Positions 8,701-17,652 of a stretch of DNA of 39,241 nt are shown one piece after another. The position numbers and the translations under genes were made by a program. The stretch comes from a virus (Duplodnaviria > Caudoviricetes), in IMG/VR virus record IMGVR_UViG_3300030099_001001, positions 1 through 39,241 of that record; one strand, given 5' to 3'. Under the pieces are notes generated by a model. It did not search any database and had not been told where the DNA came from. It saw only the letters and a list, made by a program, of their open reading frames with translations. Positions within the stretch are counted from its first letter, which is position 1. Each line of letters starts with the position of its first letter.

Positions 8701-11700
8701 TTCAAGTTAAGCACAGTCTTTCTCTCACCGAATGAAGTAACAAGGTCGGAGTATTCCTCAAGCACGGAGTCAGGAATAATAGCAGGGCTTATGTTTAACA
8801 GTCTCCTTAACTCATAAGCCAACCCATCTGCCCCTCTACCAATCCTGCTATTAATGTTTTTCTTTGCTTGCTTGATGCTTTTGTTTAGGCTTGTCATCTT
8901 TGCTGCATAATCAACATCTGAGAACACCTTCTGCATATAGTCAACGAATGAATCAATAGACTTCTCACTTGATAGATTTACATTAGCGAATCTATTCGTT
9001 ACTGCAAGAAGCTGTGCCTGAGATAGCTTGCCTTTGGATTTTCTCTGTATAGCTTTAAGCCTACTCTTGATTTCATCCTTGGCTTTTTTCTGAGCCATCT
9101 TATCAGCTCTAGTAATAGACCTATCAAACTTCAGTATGTCCTTAATAAGCTGTGCGTCCTTCTCTTTAATGTCAGTAATGTCCTCAACATTATTGAACAG
9201 CCTCTTAACCGCATCCTTTAGGTTGCCTCTGTTCGCTCTCTTGATTGCACTGACAGCCTGCTTACGAGTCAAATCCTTCTCACTCATTAGGTAATCCACA
9301 ATCACTGCATCACGAATCTCAGCGGCCCTAGCTTTCTTTATAATATTCTGAGCAGACATTGAAGGTTTTATATTAGCTTTTTCAGCCATAAGCTGTAGGG
9401 CATCACCCATATCCGTTATCTCAGCACCCTCGAATAGCTGCCTGCCTGATAGTATGTCTACTGCCACTGCCTGTGTGAACTCATCAAGTGTGATATCATC
9501 AAGCTGCTCAGCTGTATACTTAGATATACCTGTAAGCTTTCTAACGAATCTATACAGTGTACTAAGCCAATCCTTGAAGCTCTTTCTCTTTGATTCTTTG
9601 ACAAATGCTTCACCCTTGTCACCAATAGCTGTAGCTAATGCCTCCTCTAATATCTCCTGTTCAGTAGAATCTTTATAGGCAGGATTGTTTTTTACTTGCT
9701 GTTCATATTCAGAACCTTTTACAAGAGCAATACCTTTCTCGTATAGCTTAGGATTAGCCTCCTTGGCTACGTTCATCCATACGTGACCGAACTCATGGAT
9801 AGGTGTGTTGTAGTTCTCAAGTGATGGGTTAAGATATAGCTTGCCTTGATATACAGCACCATAAACACTTTGGTCTTTTGTTATAAGCTCATTAGCCCCG
9901 GTCTCCTTGAGTAGTGTATCAAACTCGGCCTGCGTAGTTACCACCTCTACAGAGGGGAACGACCTTCTTAGAACAGACACAAATTCCTGATACCTTGAGG
10001 CATCTGTTTTGGCTTCTTGTGTTTCTTTAACTTGAAACTTCGTACGCTTACCTTCCTTAAGCTCAGTGATGATATTGTTATACCTCTTCTCAGTCTGTCT
10101 TATATCATCTCTTAAGTCTTCCTTCTGCTCAAATCCTTTTGTCCTAGATAATCTATTGGTTTTATCAGCTACAATCCTATCCCTTAACCTTTCAGCCCTA
10201 TCAATCTCTTTCTGTACCTCTACAGATATCTTGGACTGCTGTTTCTTAGGTTTTTTCTTTTTTCTTCTTTGTTTTGTTTTAGCATCTTTAACAACGCTCT
10301 CTGTGAGCTGTTGAGTTTCAATCTTTCTTTTTTCTTCTTGTTCATAATATTGTATTTCATCTTTGTAGTATTCTTCTTTTTGCTCTTGAGTTAATTCGCT
10401 TAGATAATCTTCAGTAACTAAAATATCCTCATACTGACTCATCTCTTCGGGTGATAAAGAGCCAAGGAACTCAGAAGCTTCTGCGTCTTCTACTTCCTCA
10501 ATTAATGCATCGGCTAATTCTGTTCTACTGCCGGTACTCATTATAATATCTATTAACTCATTTCGTATATCTTGTGGGTCAAGCTCTCCATCTGAGTTCT
10601 CCCAAATAATCTCAGATGCTCTTTCTACGCTTGGTAATTCAGAGTCATTTGTAAATCCTTTTGCTCCTCTAGTCAGCCATTTTAATACTTTCTTACTGTC
10701 ACCTGTTTCCCTGCTTGCCGACTCACTGCTTATTTGACCACCTCGTACTAGAAAGTCTCTTGCTGCTTCATATGCATTTCTAGGTTGTTCAGTTGCCTCT
10801 AATGCTTTTTTTAATTTTTCGTTTCTTTCTTTAAGGGCTTGACTCTGTGTTATAACACCAATCGATTTTGCCTCTAACTCAGACCACACTGATGATAAAT
10901 AAACGGAAGTTGTTCCGTCTCTCTTTTTTCTTTCCGCAAATTTCTTAATCTGCTTTCCGGTTTTGGGATTGATTGCAGATACCAACTTATCATTTTCATC
11001 TAATTCTACTTTGTATTCTACGCCCTTTTGTGTTTTTAAGTTTTTTGTTGTAGTTTTTTTAGGCTTCTTCTTAGTCACCTTCTCCTTGACAACAGGCGTT
11101 TCCTGTACCACCTCTTCAGTAACCTGCTCAACTACAGGTGCCTCCTCTACTACCTGCTCTTGTGCCGCAGGCTCACCCAACACCTCACGCATCTGAGCAC
11201 GCTCATCCTCAGTTACAGGAGCCTCTTCAGTTACGGTAGTCTCTTCAACTACATCCTCTGTGACAGGGTCTTGCTCTTGGGGGGTCATAATGTTTTCTAT
11301 CTCCTCAGAGCGTGTGACATTCTCTATACTCTCAGGTCTGCTTTTATCTATCTCTTCTTTTACAGTTTCTTCAGCAACATTTATATCACCAACAATTTTT
11401 AATAAGCCATCTATTTCTTTTACTCGGTCCTCTTGTGATGCCACTAACTCAGGACTCTTGTTTTGCATACTTCTTTGAAGGCCTCTCTTTTCTTTTAGTA
11501 GATTGAAAGCTTCCATCTTTCTTCTTGAACTCAAAGTTTCAGGAATACTTTGAGCAATTTCCCTTGATTCATCAAGCTCCACCTCTAACAACTCTGCTTG
11601 CTCCTGTGTTATTTGTTTAGATGCACTAAATGCTTTTATTTCTGCTATTGCTTTTTCAAACTTAGCATCATCCATTATATCAGCATAACCCTTCTCAAAT

Positions 11701-14330
11701 GTTTTTACACTTTCCTTCGCTTCAGTATCAAAACCTTTAGCTAATGATTTTGTGCCGTGAAATACAGAAGCAAATCCTCCACCTGCTAAACCACCAATCT
11801 TAACTTGTTCTACTATCTGTTCAGCCCACTGCTCTCTACCTTCTTTAGTGGTCCAATCAGGGACTTGAAATATTTCCTTATCATATATAGCATTAAACAA
11901 TCTTTTATTTATGTCCTCAGCTAATGCCTGCGTTCCCTCGGTTGCTCCCTCATATATCATACCCTCTGCAACCTTAAGGCCACCTGAAAGTAATTTTGTT
12001 TTTACACTATTTCTTACAGCCTGCTCAATAGCTTCTTGAGAAGCATCTGAAGGTAAATCTTTTATTGATGTTAAGATAAGGTTTTTAAACATCCCACTAG
12101 TCGCAGGAGTTATAAGGCTTTGAGCACCATATGTCTCCAATGCACCCTCAACTGTACCCATCAATAATCCTATCAATCCTTTTTGATATTCAGGAATATC
12201 CTCTTCCTTTAAAAGCCTCTCTGTCCTTGGTGCTGTAGCCGTAAGGAAGGAGCCAAAAGTGGCGTATGGATTTCCCATACCCAATGCCATGTGAGTAGCG
12301 GAGTTTGCCATAGTATTCAAAACGGTTTGAAGTAAATCTCTTTCAGCTATAGACTCAGGAGTTGTTCCGCTAATCTGATTTATAGAGGACTCAATCGCAC
12401 TCATAAGCCCCTCCTTAGCTTCCTTTGCACCCTCGCCTCCAAACGCATCATAAATGTTTGCTCCTGTCATCGAAACAAACTTTGCAGGTGACATTAAAGC
12501 TTCAGTAATACCTGCACCAATAGCACTTGATAAGGTTCCTTTCTGTGCTAGCTCCCCTTTATAGAAAGCATCTGCCTGTGCCATCTTCTTTCTGAACTCA
12601 GCCATCATCTTATCTGAAATGTTGTCTTTGTATTGGTCAAGGTATTTGTTTATTTGGTCAAAATCTACAGTCTCAAAAGCCCTTGTAGTACCATACATTG
12701 ACGGAGCGTTCTTGTCACCAAACTTCTGAGGATTACTAAGCATATAGTCATACATCTTAAGCCTCCACAAAAGGTCGCCTGATTCAGACTTGTCTTCACT
12801 TAAAAAAGCTTTGTCTTTTTTGGTTAGCAAAGCCCCCTGCATAAACTCTCTTATACGTTTTTCAGGCTCATTGTCTTCCCCTAAAAAAATCTCTAAAGAG
12901 TTTACCACTCCACCATCAGGAGCTACTGTAGAGATTGTTACGAAATCACCCGTGATGCCTGTTCCTTCTATTCTAAACTCAGGGAATAATCTTTTTAAAT
13001 TCTGAACCGTAGCGTCCTCATCTCCAACGACAACGGCTCTTGTTAATAAAGAATTATCTTTGTTATCGTTCTCGTACTCAGTGCCAACCAATAAAGGGTC
13101 TGTGTTACCTGATATCTTTTTATAAGCTTCCCATTCCTGCCTACCGTAAGAGTCATAAAAATTTTCTAAGGATTTATTATATACCTCCTCGAATGAATCA
13201 GATGTTAAGACACGCCCTTTATTTTTATTGTAAAGCTCAGTAGATATATTATCTATAATAAAATCTCTCTTTAATTTATTTTTGTGAATATCCTTTATAT
13301 TCGCTCGCCTTGTCTCATCATCTAGGCTGAGTGTTAAATCAATTTCAGAAGATGGTATTAATAATCGTGAGTCAGCAGTTATTATATCTCTAATTAATCT
13401 TTGCTTCTTTTGAGAAGGTAAAAGGTTTTTACTCTCTGCGTATTGCTTGAATAATTCATTCCTTTTAAGATTGATATAAAAATCAAGACTCACGGGCTCT
13501 TCGCCTCTTGCTATAAGTTCTTGGTTTCTATTGTTTATATTATTAATTTCTTCAACGGTTAAAATGTCATCCCCGATTTCCTCGCTAAATTCTTGAAACA
13601 TTTTACCGTCTAAGTCTTCTTTATCTTCAAGCAAAGAAACATACTCTGCCGGAGAAATCATCTCAAGATTTTGTTGAGATGCCACAGCATTGTAATTATC
13701 TAATAAAAGACCCTTTAATCTTTCTTTGTTTTTACGCTCGACTTCCTGTTCTTCCTTATAAGAATCAATGTCTTTAGTGGTAACAATTTTTTTCTTAGGG
13801 TTTTTTAATCGTATATCGGTTGCAATTACTTCTTCCTCACTAGGTGTATACTGAACTTTTTTAGCGTCTTCAAAGTCAAACCTACCTTTTGTGAAATCTG
13901 CAGACTCTAATTTTCCTACCTGAGCTCTTGAAGGTTTTTCAAATTGAGTATCCATCTGAGCCACAGCTTGCTCAGTAATAGGCATCTCTTCTTCAGGTAC
14001 ACGCTGAAAACCTTTTCTTCCAATCTGTTCAAATATTTCTTTACTCTTCCTTTGTGATTCCGATAAACCATCTTCCGATACGGATACCGTATCTTCTTTT
14101 TTTTTTAATGGGTCTTCAAGCACCTCAGGGCCTGCAGATGTAGGTGCATAACCAACTAATACATCAAAGTCTGATTTGTTTTTAGTGTATCCATCTGCTC
14201 TAGCTAACATATACATCTGCTGAACAGCATCTGAATTGCCACCCATAAGGACCTTAAAGTCTTCATAACTCTTTGTATAGCCATCTCCTTTAGCGAGTCC
14301 ATACAATACCTGTAGTGCTTCTTCGTTCAT
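5730..14330 (-). CDS. Giant putative internal virion/ejection (polyvalent-type) protein with zincin metallopeptidase motif
   Basis: 2866 aa; last of three non-tail genes after the nozzle, the usual position for podovirus ejection proteins. PIHEFGHVW (H near aa 1512, nt 9783-9797) plus downstream EEALA; Gly/Ala-rich hydrophobic helices near aa 600-860; mostly helical and charged. Confidence 0.8.
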   Translation of the reverse strand: MNEEALQVLYGLAKGDGYTKSYEDFKVLMGGNSDAVQQMYMLARADGYTKNKSDFDVLVGYAPTSAGPEVLEDPLKKKEDTVSVSEDGLSESQRKSKEIFEQIGRKGFQRVPEEEMPITEQAVAQMDTQFEKPSRAQVGKLESADFTKGRFDFEDAKKVQYTPSEEEVIATDIRLKNPKKKIVTTKDIDSYKEEQEVERKNKERLKGLLLDNYNAVASQQNLEMISPAEYVSLLEDKEDLDGKMFQEFSEEIGDDILTVEEINNINNRNQELIARGEEPVSLDFYINLKRNELFKQYAESKNLLPSQKKQRLIRDIITADSRLLIPSSEIDLTLSLDDETRRANIKDIHKNKLKRDFIIDNISTELYNKNKGRVLTSDSFEEVYNKSLENFYDSYGRQEWEAYKKISGNTDPLLVGTEYENDNKDNSLLTRAVVVGDEDATVQNLKRLFPEFRIEGTGITGDFVTISTVAPDGGVVNSLEIFLGEDNEPEKRIREFMQGALLTKKDKAFLSEDKSESGDLLWRLKMYDYMLSNPQKFGDKNAPSMYGTTRAFETVDFDQINKYLDQYKDNISDKMMAEFRKKMAQADAFYKGELAQKGTLSSAIGAGITEALMSPAKFVSMTGANIYDAFGGEGAKEAKEGLMSAIESSINQISGTTPESIAERDLLQTVLNTMANSATHMALGMGNPYATFGSFLTATAPRTERLLKEEDIPEYQKGLIGLLMGTVEGALETYGAQSLITPATSGMFKNLILTSIKDLPSDASQEAIEQAVRNSVKTKLLSGGLKVAEGMIYEGATEGTQALAEDINKRLFNAIYDKEIFQVPDWTTKEGREQWAEQIVEQVKIGGLAGGGFASVFHGTKSLAKGFDTEAKESVKTFEKGYADIMDDAKFEKAIAEIKAFSASKQITQEQAELLEVELDESREIAQSIPETLSSRRKMEAFNLLKEKRGLQRSMQNKSPELVASQEDRVKEIDGLLKIVGDINVAEETVKEEIDKSRPESIENVTRSEEIENIMTPQEQDPVTEDVVEETTVTEEAPVTEDERAQMREVLGEPAAQEQVVEEAPVVEQVTEEVVQETPVVKEKVTKKKPKKTTTKNLKTQKGVEYKVELDENDKLVSAINPKTGKQIKKFAERKKRDGTTSVYLSSVWSELEAKSIGVITQSQALKERNEKLKKALEATEQPRNAYEAARDFLVRGGQISSESASRETGDSKKVLKWLTRGAKGFTNDSELPSVERASEIIWENSDGELDPQDIRNELIDIIMSTGSRTELADALIEEVEDAEASEFLGSLSPEEMSQYEDILVTEDYLSELTQEQKEEYYKDEIQYYEQEEKRKIETQQLTESVVKDAKTKQRRKKKKPKKQQSKISVEVQKEIDRAERLRDRIVADKTNRLSRTKGFEQKEDLRDDIRQTEKRYNNIITELKEGKRTKFQVKETQEAKTDASRYQEFVSVLRRSFPSVEVVTTQAEFDTLLKETGANELITKDQSVYGAVYQGKLYLNPSLENYNTPIHEFGHVWMNVAKEANPKLYEKGIALVKGSEYEQQVKNNPAYKDSTEQEILEEALATAIGDKGEAFVKESKRKSFKDWLSTLYRFVRKLTGISKYTAEQLDDITLDEFTQAVAVDILSGRQLFEGAEITDMGDALQLMAEKANIKPSMSAQNIIKKARAAEIRDAVIVDYLMSEKDLTRKQAVSAIKRANRGNLKDAVKRLFNNVEDITDIKEKDAQLIKDILKFDRSITRADKMAQKKAKDEIKSRLKAIQRKSKGKLSQAQLLAVTNRFANVNLSSEKSIDSFVDYMQKVFSDVDYAAKMTSLNKSIKQAKKNINSRIGRGADGLAYELRRLLNISPAIIPDSVLEEYSDLVTSFGERKTVLNLKDSTEVKETIAKIFEELSVQNSELGELSERFEAFEDKEFTKTGAVSFAKTVAQMLKDKVITEDEAKLMRKFKSEIMPIEKAEGKTEEEKQKEMEEEKEILIKNIKKSSVNVDRIELAIEKALVKDFARLIKTDAIDDLNNAQLKNIEKAIDNINNGYVTHYVQLASENLESINRSKTGAEGIRDAKPLAVSTQIAKIKTLYKSGSDANKYYKLIERNPLINIDMVLGDFSSKRIFNSVLEESAEAVTTFNTELNKVYNTIEDAEVQLQKKFKNNGNKILESKYKQMAYMVQQEFESNPNNPQVNPAAEVIEATIKKLRDSNQNYEADILQGILEDYSTDGQIDLKKLDDSFVYAELNMIKTVQDINSKLTDKATYTASVIRGESIEPLNDYIHQSVLNTDGVAVDDSRALSENYMENIKPSTKAKNLIERTKGAKAINFDITASVRRGAKMTLMDYHLTAPLRTANRTLNKMEEQLDNTGQQRQIFLGVRDAYNQAIADVLENTFTSSSIGEQIFQYAAKQGYRSMLASVPRVFGELLSNYSFALINPVEFTEGSKPKNMKVAFSERGVEVMNNVRSKETARVYGEGLSGRFVETSMIEKKMGMAADSAKNPVVNRVNQALSYLKKYPRGVEVIADFMITTPDKLVTRPMWFGTFATEFKNITGEEVNFDKIAENDTAYMEKFEKAINEAKKKADSNSVLIGATDNPLQGILKNKKRASDKASIIKTINSFMQRFLLFEYNAFRKGMYAAMGRGDISPGKGALLMTAVSARMTMYTLMIPILNSLMFGDDDEEKEESIYTRVYRALLSTATNLFIGRDFGAIVKMVQNYFIEQANERYGEDLGIREGEYDPFKNLVQYNIIPPEKSYKETDVASDILPNLFGPYTPLLKSLIFSTNKLFFSKPKKEEDAKERQRREIQQRIPLEIGGLTGLIPFYRDFRNRLNEDIYQGLRDKSSGDSGDSGDSKSSSDTRKPRKIRKLRKLRKLRKLKK
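5740..5774. repeat. 9-bp tandem repeat (AGCTTCCTA, ~4 copies) encoding RKL repeats
   Basis: agcttccta agcttccta agcttccta agcttcct read directly; gives C-terminal RKLRKLRKLRKL. Confidence 0.9.
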
Positions 14331-14339
14331 TCTATTTTT

Positions 14340-15812
14340 TTAATATCCTGCCATCGAATTACTTTCACCTCTCTTTTTAAGCCCTGCAGTCATATCCGAA
14401 ATTCCTATTTGAGCCTCAATCAGTTGTAAAAAATCCGCCTCAGTTGCGTCTTGTTCTAATCGTTTATCCCCCACCATATAAACGAAATCATCACCAAACA
14501 GAGATGAAAATATTCCTCCTCCTTCTAATTGTGCTTTATTTACAGGCACTCCAAATAAAGACGCAAATTCAAGAAGTTTGTCTCTATCTATAGTTCCATC
14601 ATTCTTATATATCTTTGCTTTTTCTTTTTTATAAAAATCAGAAGCAATCTTCTCTTCTTTTCTTTTAGCAGCTGTCGCTCCGCCTCCTGTCTGAGGAGTA
14701 AATCCTTGTGTTGCTGAAACCTTTCTGTTTAGCCCCGCTAGTACCTGCTCTCCCATCTTCTCTTTCATATAGTCAAGAAGCTTCTTCCCTGACTCTGATG
14801 TGAAGTCAGCCTGTGGCATACCACCATCGGGCTGCTCTGAGTTAGCGACTAAAAGAAGTGTGTGCTCATTAACTTTTCCCGTCTTAGGATTTATTTTTTT
14901 TAAATCTGCAGGGTCTCGTGTGAGCTCAATCTTCTCACCGTCCGGACCGTATACCAAGAAGTCTTGCAATGTACTCAATGCGTTGTAAGGATTGCTCTCG
15001 AAATACCCAACTATTTTTGTCTCTAAAGCATCAGTAAACTTTTTGCCATCCTCACCCATCTGCGTTACATCATTTATTGTTGTAAGCTTTCCTCCGCTTC
15101 CTCTAGTGAGTATCTGATAGTCTGTAGCAAATGAATCAATGATACCATCAACAGCACCTGCCGCATCAAACTTGTCTATCTGAGCACTGAGAGCAAAGTT
15201 TAATGAGTTGAGTGTTCTATAGTCACTAGGGTTGTTACTCATCTTAGCAGTGTAAGGATTGGTCTGCGGGTCATAAGGTTTGCTTGGGTCACGAGGTACT
15301 CTCATACCTGCACTCACCTGACCATCTGCCGGATTGATATACAGTGATGATGCTGTTAGGTTTCCGAATCCTTCAACCTCTCCAAGAAGAAATGCTTCTA
15401 ATCCTGAACCATCTCCATCGGGCTTCTGACGCTCCATATATTCTCCGTACTTATCATTGTACTTCTTCATTATATCAAAGGCATCTGATGTACCCTGCTT
15501 GAGGTTCTCTCTGCTTACTAGATAATCTTTTAATGAAAGCTTTCCTGCCTTAAGGTTTCTAAGCTGCATCAGCTGAAACTGTTGTGCGTTATTGGCATAC
15601 TCTAACGCCCACTTATTCATACCCCTATGCTCTCCCTGCGGAGAGTTCATAAGCGTCTCACCAAATTCTCTTGAGGCCTTATCAATGTCAGCCTTCATCT
15701 TGTCACGATTTTCCTGCTCCTTGAGTAGGGTGTCTGACATTGTCTTACCTATGGCTCCCCAATCGACATAGTCCTCTGCACTTCGTTCTGCGTATTTAAA
15801 GTATGTAGCCAT
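14340..15812 (-). CDS. Putative internal virion (ejection) protein
   Basis: 490 aa, helical N-terminus (VDWGAIGKTMSDTLLKEQENR...), middle gene of the three-gene cluster. Confidence 0.65.
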   Translation of the reverse strand: MATYFKYAERSAEDYVDWGAIGKTMSDTLLKEQENRDKMKADIDKASREFGETLMNSPQGEHRGMNKWALEYANNAQQFQLMQLRNLKAGKLSLKDYLVSRENLKQGTSDAFDIMKKYNDKYGEYMERQKPDGDGSGLEAFLLGEVEGFGNLTASSLYINPADGQVSAGMRVPRDPSKPYDPQTNPYTAKMSNNPSDYRTLNSLNFALSAQIDKFDAAGAVDGIIDSFATDYQILTRGSGGKLTTINDVTQMGEDGKKFTDALETKIVGYFESNPYNALSTLQDFLVYGPDGEKIELTRDPADLKKINPKTGKVNEHTLLLVANSEQPDGGMPQADFTSESGKKLLDYMKEKMGEQVLAGLNRKVSATQGFTPQTGGGATAAKRKEEKIASDFYKKEKAKIYKNDGTIDRDKLLEFASLFGVPVNKAQLEGGGIFSSLFGDDFVYMVGDKRLEQDATEADFLQLIEAQIGISDMTAGLKKRGESNSMAGY

Positions 15813-15823
15813 GTATTGTTATT

Positions 15824-16600
15824 TTAAAGTCCGCCCGTAAAAGTTCCTGCTCCTCCAAATAAAGTTCCTAATGCATAAGGAGTTGAATCTACCCCCATAG
15901 CACTTGGGTCTATTTGACCTTCAGCAGACGACTGTACATCCACGGTATTTAAGCCTTGGTCTCCAATTATAATATTGTTTGGTTGTGAAGGAACTGACAT
16001 AGACCTATTACTCATTGGTGAAGATTTTTTATTTTTTCCATACAGCTCAAAGATTGCTTCTCCGGTTACAGGATTAACAGCAGCTAGACCTTTTGCCGCC
16101 CCTGTAAGAGACCCAAAGCCTGATGTGATTGCTGCAGCCTTAGCTGCCTGTTCATCTGCCGCTGCCTTCTGTGCTCCTGCTGCCTCTTGTAAGGACAACT
16201 GAGCTAACTCACGTGCAGCTCTTGCATCGTCTTCAGCCTGTAGCTTCTCTATACTCTCAAGCTGTTGTATCTTTGCATCTCTTATGTCTGCCTGTGCTTC
16301 ATTACTCGCCATAGCTATAGCACCTGCACGACCCATACCTGCAGCTCCCATCTCGGCTGCTGCCTGAGTTGCTTGTGCTGCCTGTGCTGCAAACGCCTCA
16401 CGCTGTCTCTCGTATGGACTATCGCTTACTGTTAATGCTTCAAAAGGTTTGAGCTGTATTTGTTTCTTGGCTTCATTCACAGCCTCTTGTGCTGCTTTAT
16501 TGGCCTTATCTATTTCTTTTTGTCGTTGACCTGCTTGGAGAAAAGAGCCAACCCCTGACAGGGCCTGTACTCCTAATCCAATTGCTGCTAATACTGCCAT
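15824..16600 (-). CDS. Putative internal virion (pilot/ejection) protein, T7 gp14-like architecture
   Basis: Hydrophobic Gly/Ala N-terminus (MAVLAAIGLGVQALSGVGSF), long Ala/Gln coiled coil, second Gly-rich segment, low-complexity tail. Confidence 0.7.
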   Translation of the reverse strand: MAVLAAIGLGVQALSGVGSFLQAGQRQKEIDKANKAAQEAVNEAKKQIQLKPFEALTVSDSPYERQREAFAAQAAQATQAAAEMGAAGMGRAGAIAMASNEAQADIRDAKIQQLESIEKLQAEDDARAARELAQLSLQEAAGAQKAAADEQAAKAAAITSGFGSLTGAAKGLAAVNPVTGEAIFELYGKNKKSSPMSNRSMSVPSQPNNIIIGDQGLNTVDVQSSAEGQIDPSAMGVDSTPYALGTLFGGAGTFTGGL

Positions 16601-16622
16601 GTAAATATTCTTTGATTACTTA

Positions 16623-16630
16623 CAAAGATA
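16623..16630 (-). promoter_or_regulatory. Bacteroidota -7 promoter element TATCTTTG
   Basis: Intergenic TAnnTTTG, 22 nt upstream of the ATG at 16600; would drive the ejection-protein operon. Confidence 0.75.
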
Positions 16631-16636
16631 GTAAAA

Positions 16637-17650
16637 TTAAGGAAAAGATTTCATCACCTCGCTCTCTACTGCAAATAACTCTGTAGCAGTGGTGTCTGTA
16701 TTTGTTAATACAAACTTACAGTAGTGCCCAAGTATACCATGTGATTCAGCAACCTGATTCTTTGCAAACATAAAGTAGTCAGTAGTTCCTGCAGGTAAAC
16801 TACCTGCCGTTGTATCTACAATAATCTTATTAATTCCTGCGGGTAGGTCTACCTGAATATTTGTTATTGTACCACATAACACAGGTGTAGAGTTTGGTCC
16901 TACAGGTATACTGTAGTTCTGCCCTATCACAGGGAAAATATTAGTGTTTAGCGTTAGGGTAGTAGTACCTACAACACTAACAGTTGTTGATGTATTAGGT
17001 ACAACAGTGGTGTTAATAACTGTGTCTCCCGGCTGTATTCCTAGGGTGGTAAAGTTTTTTGTAGCATCAGTCAGTGTAGTTCCTGATGTTGAGTTTGTTC
17101 CTACAGGAGCCGCAATAAAATACAATGTATCTCCTACACTCACAATACTCCCTATGTCTGTGCCTATAGCAAAGATAATCTCTGCAGCAGCAGGTGCTGC
17201 CACGTTAGTGTTTGAGCTAGCTCCTATACCATTCAATGAGCGTAGTGGATACTCTCCTGCATCTGCAGGTGTAGCTCCTGTGTTACGCATAAACGCATAC
17301 CAAGCTCCCTCCTTCTTTACAAAGAAAGAAGCATCAATTGACCCTGTGGTCTGTTGGTCTGAGGTATATGTACCACTCCAAGCTGAGTCAGACTCAAGGT
17401 TAATAGTCTTGAACAGCTTATTCTCAAGAGGCTGCTCGTTAAATATGCTTGTTATCTGTGAGTTATACTGTACACCATAGTAGTTATTGCGAAGGTCATT
17501 TGTATTATGACGGTATATGTTACCACCCTTAAATGAGTACAGGTAGTTATTCATCCCTATCATCATATCAGGATGATATGAATAGAATGAAGGGAACCCC
17601 TGTGCTGATTCGCTATATGTTAGTGTGTAGTTTCCTGTTAATGCTGCCAT
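16637..17650 (-). CDS. Tail protein resembling the C-terminal part of a tail nozzle/stabilisation protein
   Basis: TLTYSE...FPSFYSYHPD...YSFKGGNIYRHN...NNYYG...KLFKTINLES resembles the C-terminal segment of Bacteroidota-phage nozzle proteins (recalled); directly follows the 1487-aa gene. Confidence 0.65.
   Translation of the reverse strand: MAALTGNYTLTYSESAQGFPSFYSYHPDMMIGMNNYLYSFKGGNIYRHNTNDLRNNYYGVQYNSQITSIFNEQPLENKLFKTINLESDSAWSGTYTSDQQTTGSIDASFFVKKEGAWYAFMRNTGATPADAGEYPLRSLNGIGASSNTNVAAPAAAEIIFAIGTDIGSIVSVGDTLYFIAAPVGTNSTSGTTLTDATKNFTTLGIQPGDTVINTTVVPNTSTTVSVVGTTTLTLNTNIFPVIGQNYSIPVGPNSTPVLCGTITNIQVDLPAGINKIIVDTTAGSLPAGTTDYFMFAKNQVAESHGILGHYCKFVLTNTDTTATELFAVESEVMKSFP
16886..17107. repeat. 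21-bp imperfect direct repeat (16886-16906 and 17087-17107), 201 bp apart
   Basis: TGTAGAGTTTGGTCCTACAGG vs TGTTGAGTTTGTTCCTACAGG, 19/21 identical; encode PVGPNST and PVGTNST. Confidence 0.85.
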
Positions 17651-17652
17651 AT

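Noticed and set aside
5730-14330. Giant protein as a crAss-like virion RNA polymerase
   Set aside because: No DxDxD-type catalytic motif or polymerase features recognised; the only clear motif is HExxH, and late genes carry host-type promoters.
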